A stretch of 64,000 bases of DNA from contig CAZYTL010000008.1 of assembly GCA_964650355.1 (NCBI GenBank), positions 89 to 64,088 on the forward strand, written 5' to 3'. This document shows, in pieces, positions 45,849 to 56,169 of the stretch. The first letter of the stretch is position 1. Every line of letters begins with the position of its first letter. The position numbers and the translations under genes are program-made. Source of the DNA: an uncultured Gammaproteobacteria bacterium (lineage in GTDB: Bacteria; Patescibacteriota; Microgenomatia; CAYXHB01; CAZYTL01). The notes under the pieces were generated by a model. It did no database searches and was not told the origin of the DNA. It saw only the letters and a program-made list of their open reading frames with translations.

Positions 45849-45937
45849 TGGGAATAATTCTAAATTCGTGTTTCGAATTCCTAAATAATTGGTATAATTA
45901 TACCTGATTTCCTGAATTGAATGAATGAATAATCGTT

Positions 45938-46408
45938 ATGGAACTGACTAAATCGTTGATAAAAGAGTTTCTGGGGCAGCATCAATTAATGACTTTGGCG
46001 ACCAGCGGGCATGATCATCCCTGGATTGCAGTAGTTTATTACACTTTTGATCAGGATTTGAATTTATATTTTCTGAGTAGTCCGGAAACGCTGCATTGCC
46101 GCCACCTGGTTCACAATAAACAAGTGGCCATTTCCATCTCTGACAGTCGGCAAAAAGTCTCTGACAAGAAAAAGGGGTTACAAATTTACGGGCTGGCGGA
46201 TCAGGTTTCCCGGGCGGATAAAATAAAACATGTTCTGAAGATGTGGAAGCGGGCCATCGGAGTCAAGGATCCGCAATTGTCTTACGAGAATATGATGGGC
46301 AAGGTGATTAAGAGCAAGATATATAAAGTTACTCCCAAGAAAATTAAATTCTTCAATCAGGAATTATTTGAGGTGGAAGCCGGGATGGAGCCGGTGTTGG
46401 AGTTGTAG
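45938..46408 (+). CDS. pyridoxamine 5'-phosphate oxidase-like FMN-binding protein
   Basis: MTLATSG...PWIAVVYY split-barrel N-terminal pattern. Confidence 0.65.
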   Translation: MELTKSLIKEFLGQHQLMTLATSGHDHPWIAVVYYTFDQDLNLYFLSSPETLHCRHLVHNKQVAISISDSRQKVSDKKKGLQIYGLADQVSRADKIKHVLKMWKRAIGVKDPQLSYENMMGKVIKSKIYKVTPKKIKFFNQELFEVEAGMEPVLEL

Positions 46409-46426
46409 TGGTTGATATAATTAAGT

Positions 46427-47827
46427 ATGACAACTCCGAGCTTACAGGTTACAGATGAATATCAGTACGGGTGGGCGGATGAGGAAGAGTTTGTGTTTAA
46501 GTCAGAACCCGGTTTGGATGAGCAAGTGGTGAGGCAGATTTCGGGCCATAAAAATGAGCCTCAATGGATGTTGAATTTCCGGCTGAGAGCTTTGAAAATT
46601 TTCGAGGGTAAAGCCATACCTACTTGGGGCGGAGATTTATCAGAGATTGATTTTGGCCAGATTTATTATTATTTAAAACCCAGTACCGGCGTAGGCAAAA
46701 CCTGGGATGAGGTGCCTGAGTCGGTGAAAAGGACCTACGAGCGGTTGGGGATCCCCGAAGCAGAGCGCAAGTATTTGGCTGGAGTGAAGGCCCAGTACGA
46801 TTCGGAAGTGGTTTACGGATCGATCAAGGAAAAGTTGGCTAAGCAGGGAGTGGTCTTTTTGAGCATGGACCAGGGACTGGCTCAGTATCCGGAATTGGTA
46901 AAGCAGCATTGGTCAACGGTGATTCCGGCGGCGGATAACAAGTTCGCGGCCTTGAATTCAGCGGTGTGGTCAGGAGGCTCGTTTATCTATGTGCCGCCCG
47001 GGGTGAAGGTGGATTTGCCTTTGCAGGCATATTTCAGAATCAACGCCCGTAGGATGGGACAATTTGAAAGAACTTTGATTATTGCGGACGAGGGGTCTCA
47101 GGTACATTACGTGGAAGGGTGCTCGGCGCCAGTCTATGCTGAAGATTCGCTCCACGCAGCCGTGGTGGAGGTGGTGGTTAAACCCGGGGCCCGGGTGAGA
47201 TACACTACAGTGCAGAACTGGTCTAAAGACGTCTACAATTTGGTGACCAAAAGAGCCCGGGTGGAACGGGACGGGGTGATGGAATGGGTTGATTTTAACG
47301 GCGGATCCAAGCTGACCATGAAATATCCCTCGGTCTATTTGGTGGGAGAGAGAGCCCACGGGGAAGTATTGTCGATCGCTTTGGCCGGTGCAGGACAACA
47401 TTTAGATGCCGGAGGCAAAGCCGTCCATTCAGCACCGAACACCACATCGCGGATTGTGTCCAAGTCAATTTCCTACCACGGAGGCAGAACTTCTTATCGC
47501 GGTTTGTTGCAGGCCACGATCAGAGCCACAAACTCCAGATCAAATGTGGTATGCGACGCTTTGATTCTGGATCCTGATTCGGCGTCAGATACCTACCCCA
47601 CCATGACTATTGATTGCGATCAGGTGGAAATCAGTCATGAAGCCACTGTATCCAAGATAGGAGACGAGCAATTGTTTTATCTGCGCAGCCGGGGAATTCC
47701 GGAAGCTGACGCTCAAGCTATGATTGTGAACGGATTTATCGAGCCGATAGTTAAAGAGTTACCCTTGGAATATGCAGTGGAATTGAATCGGTTGATTCAG
47801 TTGGAAATGGAAGGCTCGGTAGGATAA
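46427..47827 (+). CDS. sufB: Fe-S cluster assembly protein SufB
   Basis: 466 aa with strong SufB blocks ([23 protein letters not shown], ...[21 protein letters not shown]). Confidence 0.9.
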   Translation: MTTPSLQVTDEYQYGWADEEEFVFKSEPGLDEQVVRQISGHKNEPQWMLNFRLRALKIFEGKAIPTWGGDLSEIDFGQIYYYLKPSTGVGKTWDEVPESVKRTYERLGIPEAERKYLAGVKAQYDSEVVYGSIKEKLAKQGVVFLSMDQGLAQYPELVKQHWSTVIPAADNKFAALNSAVWSGGSFIYVPPGVKVDLPLQAYFRINARRMGQFERTLIIADEGSQVHYVEGCSAPVYAEDSLHAAVVEVVVKPGARVRYTTVQNWSKDVYNLVTKRARVERDGVMEWVDFNGGSKLTMKYPSVYLVGERAHGEVLSIALAGAGQHLDAGGKAVHSAPNTTSRIVSKSISYHGGRTSYRGLLQATIRATNSRSNVVCDALILDPDSASDTYPTMTIDCDQVEISHEATVSKIGDEQLFYLRSRGIPEADAQAMIVNGFIEPIVKELPLEYAVELNRLIQLEMEGSVG

Positions 47828-47836
47828 GATAGAGGG

Positions 47837-48499
47837 ATGAAAGCTAAGGGGATAACTCTGGAAAAGAACCAAACTGGTATCATTTGGGACACGGGCAACA
47901 CGATTCAACTTCTGGGAGAAAATTCTCAAGAAATGGTCGATCTTAGAGAGATACACGTACCCAAGGATGCTACACTTGATTATTATTTTATTTGGAACGG
48001 CTCTTCAATTAATCGAAGATTAACTATTCACTTAAATAAAGAAGGGGCAAGCGCTCGGGTGCTGGGGATATTTATCGCTGAGGATAAAAACAAAATCAAT
48101 TTTGACTCAACTATCATCCACCATGCCCCTAATACTTATGGGAATACTTTGGTAAAGGGGGCGTTAACAGATGCCAGTAAATCCAGTTTGAACGGGATGA
48201 TTAAGATTGATAAAGGAGCAGACGGATCAGATGATTTGTTAACAGAAAGAGTGCTGCTGTTGTCCCCCAAGGCTCGGGCCGAAGCTAAGCCAATGTTGGA
48301 AATTGATGCCAATGAAGTAAAGGCTACTCATGCTGCCACTGTCTCGAAGATTAATGAAGAGCAACTTTATTATTTACGCACCAGGGGAATTACCAAACAG
48401 GTGGCCAGCGATCTGATGGTGCAGGGATTCTTGCAGGAGGTGATTGGCCAATTCCCAGAACAGCTTAAAAAGAGTCTTCCCCAAAAGGTGAGTTTTTAA
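47837..48499 (+). CDS. sufD: SufD-like Fe-S assembly protein (short, SufBD C-terminal domain)
   Basis: ...EVKATHAATVSKINEEQLYYLRTRGI parallels the SufB C-terminus. Confidence 0.7.
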   Translation: MKAKGITLEKNQTGIIWDTGNTIQLLGENSQEMVDLREIHVPKDATLDYYFIWNGSSINRRLTIHLNKEGASARVLGIFIAEDKNKINFDSTIIHHAPNTYGNTLVKGALTDASKSSLNGMIKIDKGADGSDDLLTERVLLLSPKARAEAKPMLEIDANEVKATHAATVSKINEEQLYYLRTRGITKQVASDLMVQGFLQEVIGQFPEQLKKSLPQKVSF

Positions 48500-50289
48500 A
48501 ATAGTTGCATTTGTTGTTTTTTCTTCCGGCGGGCAGCTTTTTGTTTCTGGTATTTTTGAGCAAGTTGGTCTTCCATGACATGCAATAGGGGAGAGGTTAA
48601 AGATTGCAAAAATCTTGATGATTGCGACGGCTGGATTTGATTATGGATGGCTCTTTTGCGAGTAAGAGTGAGATAGAGTTGTTGTTTAGCCCGAGTGATC
48701 CCCACATAGAGCAAACGGCGTTCTTCTTCCAGTTGCTGCTCATCATCTAGGCTCTTGTGATAAGGAAGCAGACCTTCTTCCAGACCAATGATAAATACCA
48801 CTCCGAATTCCAGACCTTTAGCCGCGTGCATGGTAGACAAGGTAACTTTGTTGACTTCAGGCTGATATTCATCCGGGGTCTGCAGCATTTTTAACTGTAA
48901 GAGAAAATCACTCAGGGTGTCTGAAGCCGGCTGGTTGCCGTATTGCAAGGCAATGATTTTTAATCTATCCAATCTATCTTTTTTGGCGCTAGACGATTCC
49001 AGACTGAGTTCCATGATCAGCAAGTCTATCCAAGTATGCAGAGTGGCCTGATCATCTGATTTAAGATCGGTGATCAACTGATATTCTTGAGGTCTTAATA
49101 GCCAACGGTCATCTTCTAGTTCTGGTTGATTAATCAATTCCAAAATTCTGACTATTTGTTCTATTTCTGAGTATTCCAGTAGAGTCTTTTCGCCGATAAC
49201 TTGGTAAGGAATCGTGTCTTTGGCCAGTTGTTTTTCCAAGGATTCCGACAGACTGTGGGTGCGATATAAAATCGCAATATCCCGAAAACCATAATCGTGA
49301 TCCGAGATATTAACTTCGTGATGGATGCTAAAGTCTCCGGCACCGGTGAGTTGCTGAATTTGTTTACTGATCCAATAGGCTTCTGTTAGGTGATCTGTGG
49401 TATTAAGTAATCGGGTTTCCGAAGGTAAGTCATGAACGGCCCTAAGGACGCGGCTGTCTGAAAATAACCTGTCGGACAGATCCAGGATATTTTGTGTTGA
49501 TCGATAATTGGTAGTTAAATTGACGGTTTGAGGTTTATAAAGGCTCTTTAATTGATTAAAGAACTGCGGGGAGGCTCCTCTAAAACCATAAATGGATTGA
49601 TAGGGATCTCCGACAACGAATATTTTTGCATGAGAGATTTTTAACAGGCGGATAATAATTTGAAATTGCAACTGATTTAGGTCCTGAAATTCGTCGACCA
49701 AAATGTACTGGTAATCAAGAGCGGGGGGATTTTGAAGAAAATCCAGAGTTTCTAATAACAAGTCGTCGAAGTCCACTAAGTGATGAGTTTTTAGGTAGTG
49801 CTGATACTGGTCAATGATGGTTTTGAGTTGCTGTCGGTGATCACCATCTATCGGAGAATCGTTCGTCTGCTTCAGAAGGGAAATTTTATCCAGGATATCT
49901 TTGACTTTTTCGCCCTTGGGTTTGAATTCTTTGATGATGCGCTTCTGTTCGGCTTCGGAAATGATTTCTTTGGGATGGTCCTGCCAGTCAGGGTGATGTT
50001 GTTTGAGAAACTGATAACACCACGCGTGAATAGTGCCAATGAACGGTCCCCCTTTCTCTGAAGTTTTCAAGGAGAGACTCTCGTTTAAGCGCGACTTTAA
50101 CTCTTCAGCTGCCTTTTTAGTGAAGGTCAAAGCCATGATCTGCTGAGGAGGAATTTTCTTGTCCTTGAGTAAGTATTTCAGTTTGGCGATTAAAGTGTGA
50201 GTCTTACCCGTACCCGGTCCGGCGATGACAACACAAGATTGATCGGAAGAAACTGCTTGTAATTGTTGGGGATTAAGTTGCTCTTTCAT
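48496..50289 (-). CDS. UvrD/Rep-family SF1 DNA helicase (second copy)
   Basis: IAGPGTGKTHTL (motif I), VDEFQDLN (motif II), VGDPYQSIYGFRGA (motif III). Confidence 0.85.
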   Translation of the reverse strand: MKEQLNPQQLQAVSSDQSCVVIAGPGTGKTHTLIAKLKYLLKDKKIPPQQIMALTFTKKAAEELKSRLNESLSLKTSEKGGPFIGTIHAWCYQFLKQHHPDWQDHPKEIISEAEQKRIIKEFKPKGEKVKDILDKISLLKQTNDSPIDGDHRQQLKTIIDQYQHYLKTHHLVDFDDLLLETLDFLQNPPALDYQYILVDEFQDLNQLQFQIIIRLLKISHAKIFVVGDPYQSIYGFRGASPQFFNQLKSLYKPQTVNLTTNYRSTQNILDLSDRLFSDSRVLRAVHDLPSETRLLNTTDHLTEAYWISKQIQQLTGAGDFSIHHEVNISDHDYGFRDIAILYRTHSLSESLEKQLAKDTIPYQVIGEKTLLEYSEIEQIVRILELINQPELEDDRWLLRPQEYQLITDLKSDDQATLHTWIDLLIMELSLESSSAKKDRLDRLKIIALQYGNQPASDTLSDFLLQLKMLQTPDEYQPEVNKVTLSTMHAAKGLEFGVVFIIGLEEGLLPYHKSLDDEQQLEEERRLLYVGITRAKQQLYLTLTRKRAIHNQIQPSQSSRFLQSLTSPLLHVMEDQLAQKYQKQKAARRKKKQQMQLF

Positions 50290-50301
50290 TAAACGAAAAA
50301 T

Positions 50302-51432
50302 TTATAAGTCCAGTCCGGGAATTCTTTCCAAACTGTCAATATCTGGCCAAATGTTTCCTCTCTGGGCCATGAACCAGGCGGCCACTCCGATCATGGCAGC
50401 GTTGTCGGTAAACAGTTTTTTAGAGTAGGGGACTGCTAGTTGTAGCCCGAATGGTTTAAGGGTTTGACGAAGCGCTGTCCTTAGGGTCAAATTTGACCCG
50501 ACTCCCCCACCCAACCACATGCCCTGGGGTTGGGATTGGTGGAGGGCCCTTTTGGTTTTCATTACCAAGGATTTGACGATCGCCCGCTGGAAGCTAGCGG
50601 CAAAATCGCATGTGGTTTGGCGCTCCAGATCAGGTAACTTTCCCAGACGCACTTGAGTGGTGGACTCGGCGTGCTGCATGGATTTAAGTTTGTACATAGC
50701 GGCGGTTTTTAGTCCGGAAAAGCTAAAATCCAGGCCCGGTTCCCTACTCATGGGAATAGGGAACTGAAATTTTCTGCTGTCCCCTGCTTTGGCCAGCAAC
50801 TCTATTATTTCACCTCCGGGATAGCCTAGTTTGAGCATGCGGGCTACTTTGTCAAAGGCTTCGCCGGCAGCGTCATCTAAAGTCCTGCCTACTACCTGAT
50901 AATCGCCTTTAAGTAAATTTTTGATTAAGACGAGTTCTGTGTGGCCACCTGAAACCAGCAAAGCTAATATTGGCAAAAAGTCGGTCTTTTGGATATCGAT
51001 GTTCAAAGTTCCTTTACCTTTTGAATTTTGAGCCAAGGGCGATAATAAGTGTCCTTCGAGGTGATTGACAGCAATTAAGGGTTTGCGGTATTGGCGGGCC
51101 AATTGTTTGGCTTTTCTGATGCCCACTTCCAAAGCCGGCGCCAAACCAGGGCCATAGGTAACGGCGATGGCGTCAATTTTCGCAGGGCTAAAATCTCCCT
51201 CTTTGTTTCTTTTATAAGAAGTTTTAGCTCTTTGCAGGGCTTCCTTCACCACCGGATCAATTTTTTCCTGGTGGGCTCTTTTGGCTTCAGTGGGATAAAC
51301 GCCCCCGTATTTGCGATGGATTTCTACTTGGGTAGCCAAGACATTGGCGATTACCCTTCTCTGATGGGTAATCGCTACGGAAGTTTCATCACAGGAGGTA
51401 TCAATGGCCAGAATGGTATTTATCGGCTTCAT
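50302..51432 (-). CDS. tsaD: tRNA N6-adenosine threonylcarbamoyltransferase TsaD
   Basis: ILAIDTSCDETSVAI N-terminus, VSGGHTELV, ASFQ..., Kae1/TsaD family. Confidence 0.9.
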   Translation of the reverse strand: MKPINTILAIDTSCDETSVAITHQRRVIANVLATQVEIHRKYGGVYPTEAKRAHQEKIDPVVKEALQRAKTSYKRNKEGDFSPAKIDAIAVTYGPGLAPALEVGIRKAKQLARQYRKPLIAVNHLEGHLLSPLAQNSKGKGTLNIDIQKTDFLPILALLVSGGHTELVLIKNLLKGDYQVVGRTLDDAAGEAFDKVARMLKLGYPGGEIIELLAKAGDSRKFQFPIPMSREPGLDFSFSGLKTAAMYKLKSMQHAESTTQVRLGKLPDLERQTTCDFAASFQRAIVKSLVMKTKRALHQSQPQGMWLGGGVGSNLTLRTALRQTLKPFGLQLAVPYSKKLFTDNAAMIGVAAWFMAQRGNIWPDIDSLERIPGLDL

Positions 51433-51441
51433 GCGCGTATT

Positions 51442-52458
51442 TTATCGCTGTTCAACTGTTTCCTCCAGTGTTTGCGTTTGGTTCAGTTTCTGGCCCAGAA
51501 GTCCATATGACTGGTTAACTTCACTCATTTTGGTGTAAGCGTTATTAAGATGTTTGCCTAAGATAGAGAGATGGTCAGAGGTTTTTTGGTAATCACTCTG
51601 AATCGCGTGCAATAAGCGAAAGATTTGTCTGGCTTGGGTTTCAATTTTTTTGCCTTCATATGACAAGAGGATGGTTTGCAGAAGGGCATAAAGGGTTGAA
51701 GGAGAGACCACATAGACTCTGGCTTTTCTGGCATATTCAAGCAGTTGGGGTTCATTAACCACTTCGTAATATACAGGTTCGGAAGGAATATACATGATGG
51801 CAAAGTCCATGGTGCCTTCCTGAGGCAGAATATATTTGCCGGAAATGTCCCGGATGTGTTTGCGCACGTCATTGATGAAAGCTTTTTTAAAGTTGTTTCT
51901 GTCATTTTCGTGTTCGCTGGCAATCATCTGGCGAAAGTTTTCCATGGGGAATTTGGAATCAATGGGCAGGATGCCGGCATCGGTTTTGATAGCGGCATCA
52001 ACCTTTTCACCGGATTTAAATGTATATTGCAGGTGGAAAGAATGTTTGGGAAACATTTGACTAATCAGGTCCTGCAGGACTTCTTCACCAATATTGCCTC
52101 TTAATTTCGGGCTTTTAAGAAATTCCTGCAGATCTTTCATTGACCTACCGATTTCGGACATTTCCCCGATTTGTTTGGAGAGGGAAGACATGTATTTGGC
52201 TGCATTATCCAGCCGCTCATTCATAGCCTGAGAGCTGTGGTGCAGGGTTTTGTGGAAATCCTGACTTTGCGACCGCAGGGCTTCATTAACGGCTTTGTTG
52301 GTAGCATCAATGGTGGCTTGGGTGCTTTTGAGCCATTCCAGGAGGCCCTGTTCAGAGTCTTTTTGTTGCAGTTGGGATAAGCGTTTATTTACCAGCCAAA
52401 TGATGACCGCAAATCCCCCAATCAAAACTGCTAAGATAAGAGATAGGTCTGATGACAT
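51442..52458 (-). CDS. rmuC: DNA recombination protein RmuC
   Basis: N-terminal TM and coiled coil; C-terminal RmuC nuclease-like domain (DFAIMYIPSE...VVSPSTLYALL). Confidence 0.8.
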   Translation of the reverse strand: MSSDLSLILAVLIGGFAVIIWLVNKRLSQLQQKDSEQGLLEWLKSTQATIDATNKAVNEALRSQSQDFHKTLHHSSQAMNERLDNAAKYMSSLSKQIGEMSEIGRSMKDLQEFLKSPKLRGNIGEEVLQDLISQMFPKHSFHLQYTFKSGEKVDAAIKTDAGILPIDSKFPMENFRQMIASEHENDRNNFKKAFINDVRKHIRDISGKYILPQEGTMDFAIMYIPSEPVYYEVVNEPQLLEYARKARVYVVSPSTLYALLQTILLSYEGKKIETQARQIFRLLHAIQSDYQKTSDHLSILGKHLNNAYTKMSEVNQSYGLLGQKLNQTQTLEETVEQR

Positions 52459-52624
52459 AGATATATTTTACCCTATTTTAAATACCTGTCATTACGAGTC
52501 GTAGACTAAGCAGCTCAGTAGATTAAAGCGTCGGGTATTGCAGAATTAAAAACCAGAATTTAATTCTATCCTCCGGGATTGCTTCCCCCGATGTTTATCG
52601 GGGTCGCAATGACAATGTATAACC

Positions 52625-53044
52625 ATGATTCATAGATTAAGAAATTTAGACCATCTGCACCAGAAATCAGGATTAGCGGCTAGTTTTCAAAGGAGCAAGG
52701 ACCGCCTCAAGAAGAATGACTGGCTGGCAAGTAAATTAGGCTCCAGAAAACATTTCTGGAAATTGCTGATTTTGGATTTGGTTTTGTGGTCGATCTTTGC
52801 AGGCGTAGTGTGGCTGTTTTCCCCGGAAGTCCAACTGGGAGTCGGATTATTTTTCAGTTCTTTGTGTTTAGCGATTTTAGTGCTGACCTTTCTGCTCACC
52901 TACCACAAACGCAGAATGATACTAATAACTGTGGCCCTGATGGGTTTGGTAATCTTAAGATTTTATAGACTAGATCAGTGGTTTAATATGGGGATGTTGC
53001 TAGGTCTGGTAGTTACTATTGAGCTACTGTTTGTGGTCGAATAA
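52625..53044 (+). CDS. hypothetical membrane protein
   Basis: Three to four TM helices. Confidence 0.35.
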   Translation: MIHRLRNLDHLHQKSGLAASFQRSKDRLKKNDWLASKLGSRKHFWKLLILDLVLWSIFAGVVWLFSPEVQLGVGLFFSSLCLAILVLTFLLTYHKRRMILITVALMGLVILRFYRLDQWFNMGMLLGLVVTIELLFVVE

Positions 53045-54457
53045 ATTGACCGCATCTGAGATTAAATTCCTAAAACCTCCGGTAGTGAGGAAGAGGAGCA
53101 CATCTCCCGAGTGATGGTTGGCTGTCAGCCACTTCAATATCTGCTTATCAACGGGCAAATATTCGACATGAGGCTGAGTTTTTTGGATGGCGTTGCGAAT
53201 TTTTTTGCCTGTAACCCGATGTTGTTTAGGTTCGCCTTTTTTGAGTTGGCGGATTTTCATCATGGCAATAATTACCTGATCGGCTTTGTCCAAGGTGTGA
53301 GCATAAAATCTCAAGGAGTGGATATCATGAAGCACTGAAGCGTGAGGATCAATGATTGCGATTAACCTGCGATCCGGATATTGGTCTTTCAAGGCTTCCA
53401 CAGCGGCTTGGAATTTTTTAGGATGTTGGCCCTGGTCTTTGTAGATAGTTACTTGTTGGTTGGCAAAAATTAGTTCCAGATGACGTTTGAGGCCTTTGAA
53501 TGTCTGCATGGCCTTCTGAATCGCTTCTGGCTTGACCCCCAGCAATAAGGCCATAGCTATGGCTCCCACGGCGTTTTCCACATTATGCTTGCCCAGCATG
53601 GAAAACTCTACAGGAAATCTTTGGCCACCTTTATTGTTGATAAATTCAAATTTATAGTCCCCTCTCCCCTCTCCTTTCTGAGAAGAAAGTGAGGCGTAGA
53701 AGTCTGCCTGGGGATCAACAAGACTGTAAGTATATACGGGACAGGGGGCATGCTTGGCTAATGGCTGATTGTGTTCTCCTTCTAGTTTCATCAGAAGAAA
53801 TCCGTCTTTGGGCATTTGCTGAATCCGCTTTTTAAATACATTCAAATACTCGGATTCGGTAGGATAGATATTAAAATGATCCCAAAGTGCGGCTGTCAGT
53901 AACAAGTATTTGGGGGTGAAATAAGCAAATTTGGGCAGTTCACTATATCCTAACGTGGGGTGTTCATCTCCGTGGATGATTGAATAGCGGGAATCTGTAT
54001 TGCGGGTGCCGTCAGGAAAGTTCTCTGGGATTTCTCCGATATCAAAGGAAGGATTGCGACCGGCGGTTTCCAGAACCCAGGCTAATAGAGTGCAGGTGGT
54101 GGTTTTGCCATAGGTGCCGATGACTAAAATAGACTCAGGTTTTTCCAGATATTCATGAAATACTTCCGGATAGGATTTGACTGTCAATCCTAACTTTTTG
54201 GCTTGATCCACTTCAGGATTTTGTTTGGTGATATGAAAGGTATTACCTCCGACTACGACTAAATCAAGATCAGGAGTGATGTGTTCTGCCTGATAAGAAT
54301 CAAAGTAAGGGATATGGTTGTCATCAAGGTAATCAGTTATCGGAGGATAAGCCCCCTGGTCCGCTCCGCTTACCTCCCAGCCCAAATCCTTGAACATTTT
54401 GGCCAAAGGAGCCATGGTACGGCCGCAGATGCCAATGATATAGATTTTCTTCTTCAT
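53024..54457 (-). CDS. mpl: UDP-N-acetylmuramate:L-Ala-gamma-D-Glu-meso-DAP ligase-like (Mpl/MurC family)
   Basis: N-terminus IYIIGICGRTMAPLA...GWEVSGAD...YPP aligns with the Mpl N-terminus. GTYGKTTT P-loop. Confidence 0.75.
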   Translation of the reverse strand: MKKKIYIIGICGRTMAPLAKMFKDLGWEVSGADQGAYPPITDYLDDNHIPYFDSYQAEHITPDLDLVVVGGNTFHITKQNPEVDQAKKLGLTVKSYPEVFHEYLEKPESILVIGTYGKTTTCTLLAWVLETAGRNPSFDIGEIPENFPDGTRNTDSRYSIIHGDEHPTLGYSELPKFAYFTPKYLLLTAALWDHFNIYPTESEYLNVFKKRIQQMPKDGFLLMKLEGEHNQPLAKHAPCPVYTYSLVDPQADFYASLSSQKGEGRGDYKFEFINNKGGQRFPVEFSMLGKHNVENAVGAIAMALLLGVKPEAIQKAMQTFKGLKRHLELIFANQQVTIYKDQGQHPKKFQAAVEALKDQYPDRRLIAIIDPHASVLHDIHSLRFYAHTLDKADQVIIAMMKIRQLKKGEPKQHRVTGKKIRNAIQKTQPHVEYLPVDKQILKWLTANHHSGDVLLFLTTGGFRNLISDAVNLFDHKQ

Positions 54458-54465
54458 AACCCGCT

Positions 54466-55257
54466 TTATTTAAAACCCACTCGGACGCCATGATCGGTCA
54501 TTAACTGCTCAAGTTTTTGCTCCAGATACTGTTGTTTATATTCCTGGTCGTGAAGAAGGTAAGTCGAAGACTTTTTATTGATGAGATATTTCAATTCGTC
54601 TAAGTTATCAGACCACTTCCAGCCGTTGAAGAATTCAAATCCGGAAAATTGGGTCTTGTATAAAGCGCTTTTGGTATAGCAGGTGCCCAGATAAGCAAAC
54701 TGTTTATGTTGTTCCTGCGACCAAATAACAGACTTGAGCATCATGCCCATACCTAAATTGGGATTATCATACTTTAAATCATAAAAGGGATGAGCGTAAT
54801 GAAGAAAATGATCATGCACCACCACAGATGCATAACCGATTGGCTTGTTATCTTGCTGATCAGAGAAAGTAACTACGTGAGTGGTATTAGCTTGAGTAAA
54901 CATTTTACGGATGGCAGCGGTGGGCATCACTCCCCTACCAAACGTCTGATCGGCAAATCGTTTGCACAGTTTTTGAATGGCAGGAGTGTAACTAAACTGA
55001 GCAGCTGGTTGCACAGAGAAAGTAAGTTGTTCGGTTTTTCTTAAGATGCGCCGATTTTCAGAAGAAAGTTTAAATTGGGTCAGCCGCACTCTGGTGCTGC
55101 GGGCCAGGTAGAAGATGTCCTTTTTACTGCGGAAAGGTAAAAATCCACTGTAGTAGATTTGGGACAAATTGTCTTTTTTCTCCCGCACTAGCCAGACTTG
55201 GTAAGGAAATTGATAATGGTTATAGTCGGCGGGATATTCGCCAAAGATTAAACGCAT
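54466..55257 (-). CDS. arginyl/leucyl-tRNA--protein transferase-like (ATE/Bpt family, GNAT fold)
   Basis: YYSGFLPFRS...YLGTCY...ALYKTQFSGFEFF resembles the ATE_C motif. Confidence 0.4.
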   Translation of the reverse strand: MRLIFGEYPADYNHYQFPYQVWLVREKKDNLSQIYYSGFLPFRSKKDIFYLARSTRVRLTQFKLSSENRRILRKTEQLTFSVQPAAQFSYTPAIQKLCKRFADQTFGRGVMPTAAIRKMFTQANTTHVVTFSDQQDNKPIGYASVVVHDHFLHYAHPFYDLKYDNPNLGMGMMLKSVIWSQEQHKQFAYLGTCYTKSALYKTQFSGFEFFNGWKWSDNLDELKYLINKKSSTYLLHDQEYKQQYLEQKLEQLMTDHGVRVGFK

Positions 55258-55359
55258 ATTAGGTAGATTATACGATAACTTATAACTTGACGGGGTTCAG
55301 ATTTTTATGACTTTGCTTAACCATTCCGATCGGGTAGGGGAGAGTAACGCCCCAGATGA

Positions 55360-56157
55360 TTATTTTCTAAATATCTTTTGCCCGGTCCAGAGAACAAAGT
55401 GGATTAAGTAGTATTTGAATAGCCCATGGTAGCGCTGGCTGCTGGGAATGAGGCGTTTCCATTGGTCTTTTTTTTCTACCAATTGTTTACCGCTGCCCCC
55501 CAGGTGGTGAATGACTTGAATATTAGGCAGGTAATAAACCTTTAACCCTGCTTGTTTTAATCGGCGGCAATAATCCAGATCTTCGAAGTAAAAATAGTAC
55601 TTCTCGGCAAGTAAACCGATGCGGTCTAATGTGGTTCTGGGGATAAGCATGGCGGCCATGACTGCGGCCTCGACCGTTTGTGTAGAGGATGTTTGAGGAA
55701 CATAACCGCCAAAGAATTTACCTTGTCCAAGCCAGTATTGTTTGACTGCCCGGGTCAAAGTAGGCAAATAAAACACTGACGCCTGGACTGAATGGTCACT
55801 ATTCAAGAGTTGGGGAACTACTACGCCTACTTTGTTTAAGCCCTTGGCGGCCTTGACTAATTTGTCCAATGTATGTCTGGCAATGAATTCAGTATCCGAG
55901 TTTAACAGCAGGACAAACTCTCCTTTGGCTTGTTTAATGCCCTGATTGTTGGCTTTGGCAAATCCCGCATTATCCTGGTTGGCGATCAACTTAACAAAGG
56001 AGAAGTGCTTTTTGATCATTTCAACAGAGCCGTCTTGGGAATGATTATCCACTACAATAATTTCGTGTTTATTTAAGTCTTCATGGTCTTTAATTGATTG
56101 AAGACATTTTTGAGTCAATTTTTTGGTATTAAAACTGACAATGATGACGGAAACCAT
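55360..56157 (-). CDS. glycosyltransferase family 2
   Basis: VSVIIVSFN, DNHSQDGS, LLNSDT (DxD) motifs. Confidence 0.8.
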   Translation of the reverse strand: MVSVIIVSFNTKKLTQKCLQSIKDHEDLNKHEIIVVDNHSQDGSVEMIKKHFSFVKLIANQDNAGFAKANNQGIKQAKGEFVLLLNSDTEFIARHTLDKLVKAAKGLNKVGVVVPQLLNSDHSVQASVFYLPTLTRAVKQYWLGQGKFFGGYVPQTSSTQTVEAAVMAAMLIPRTTLDRIGLLAEKYYFYFEDLDYCRRLKQAGLKVYYLPNIQVIHHLGGSGKQLVEKKDQWKRLIPSSQRYHGLFKYYLIHFVLWTGQKIFRK

Positions 56158-56169
56158 AGGTGGGGGTTT

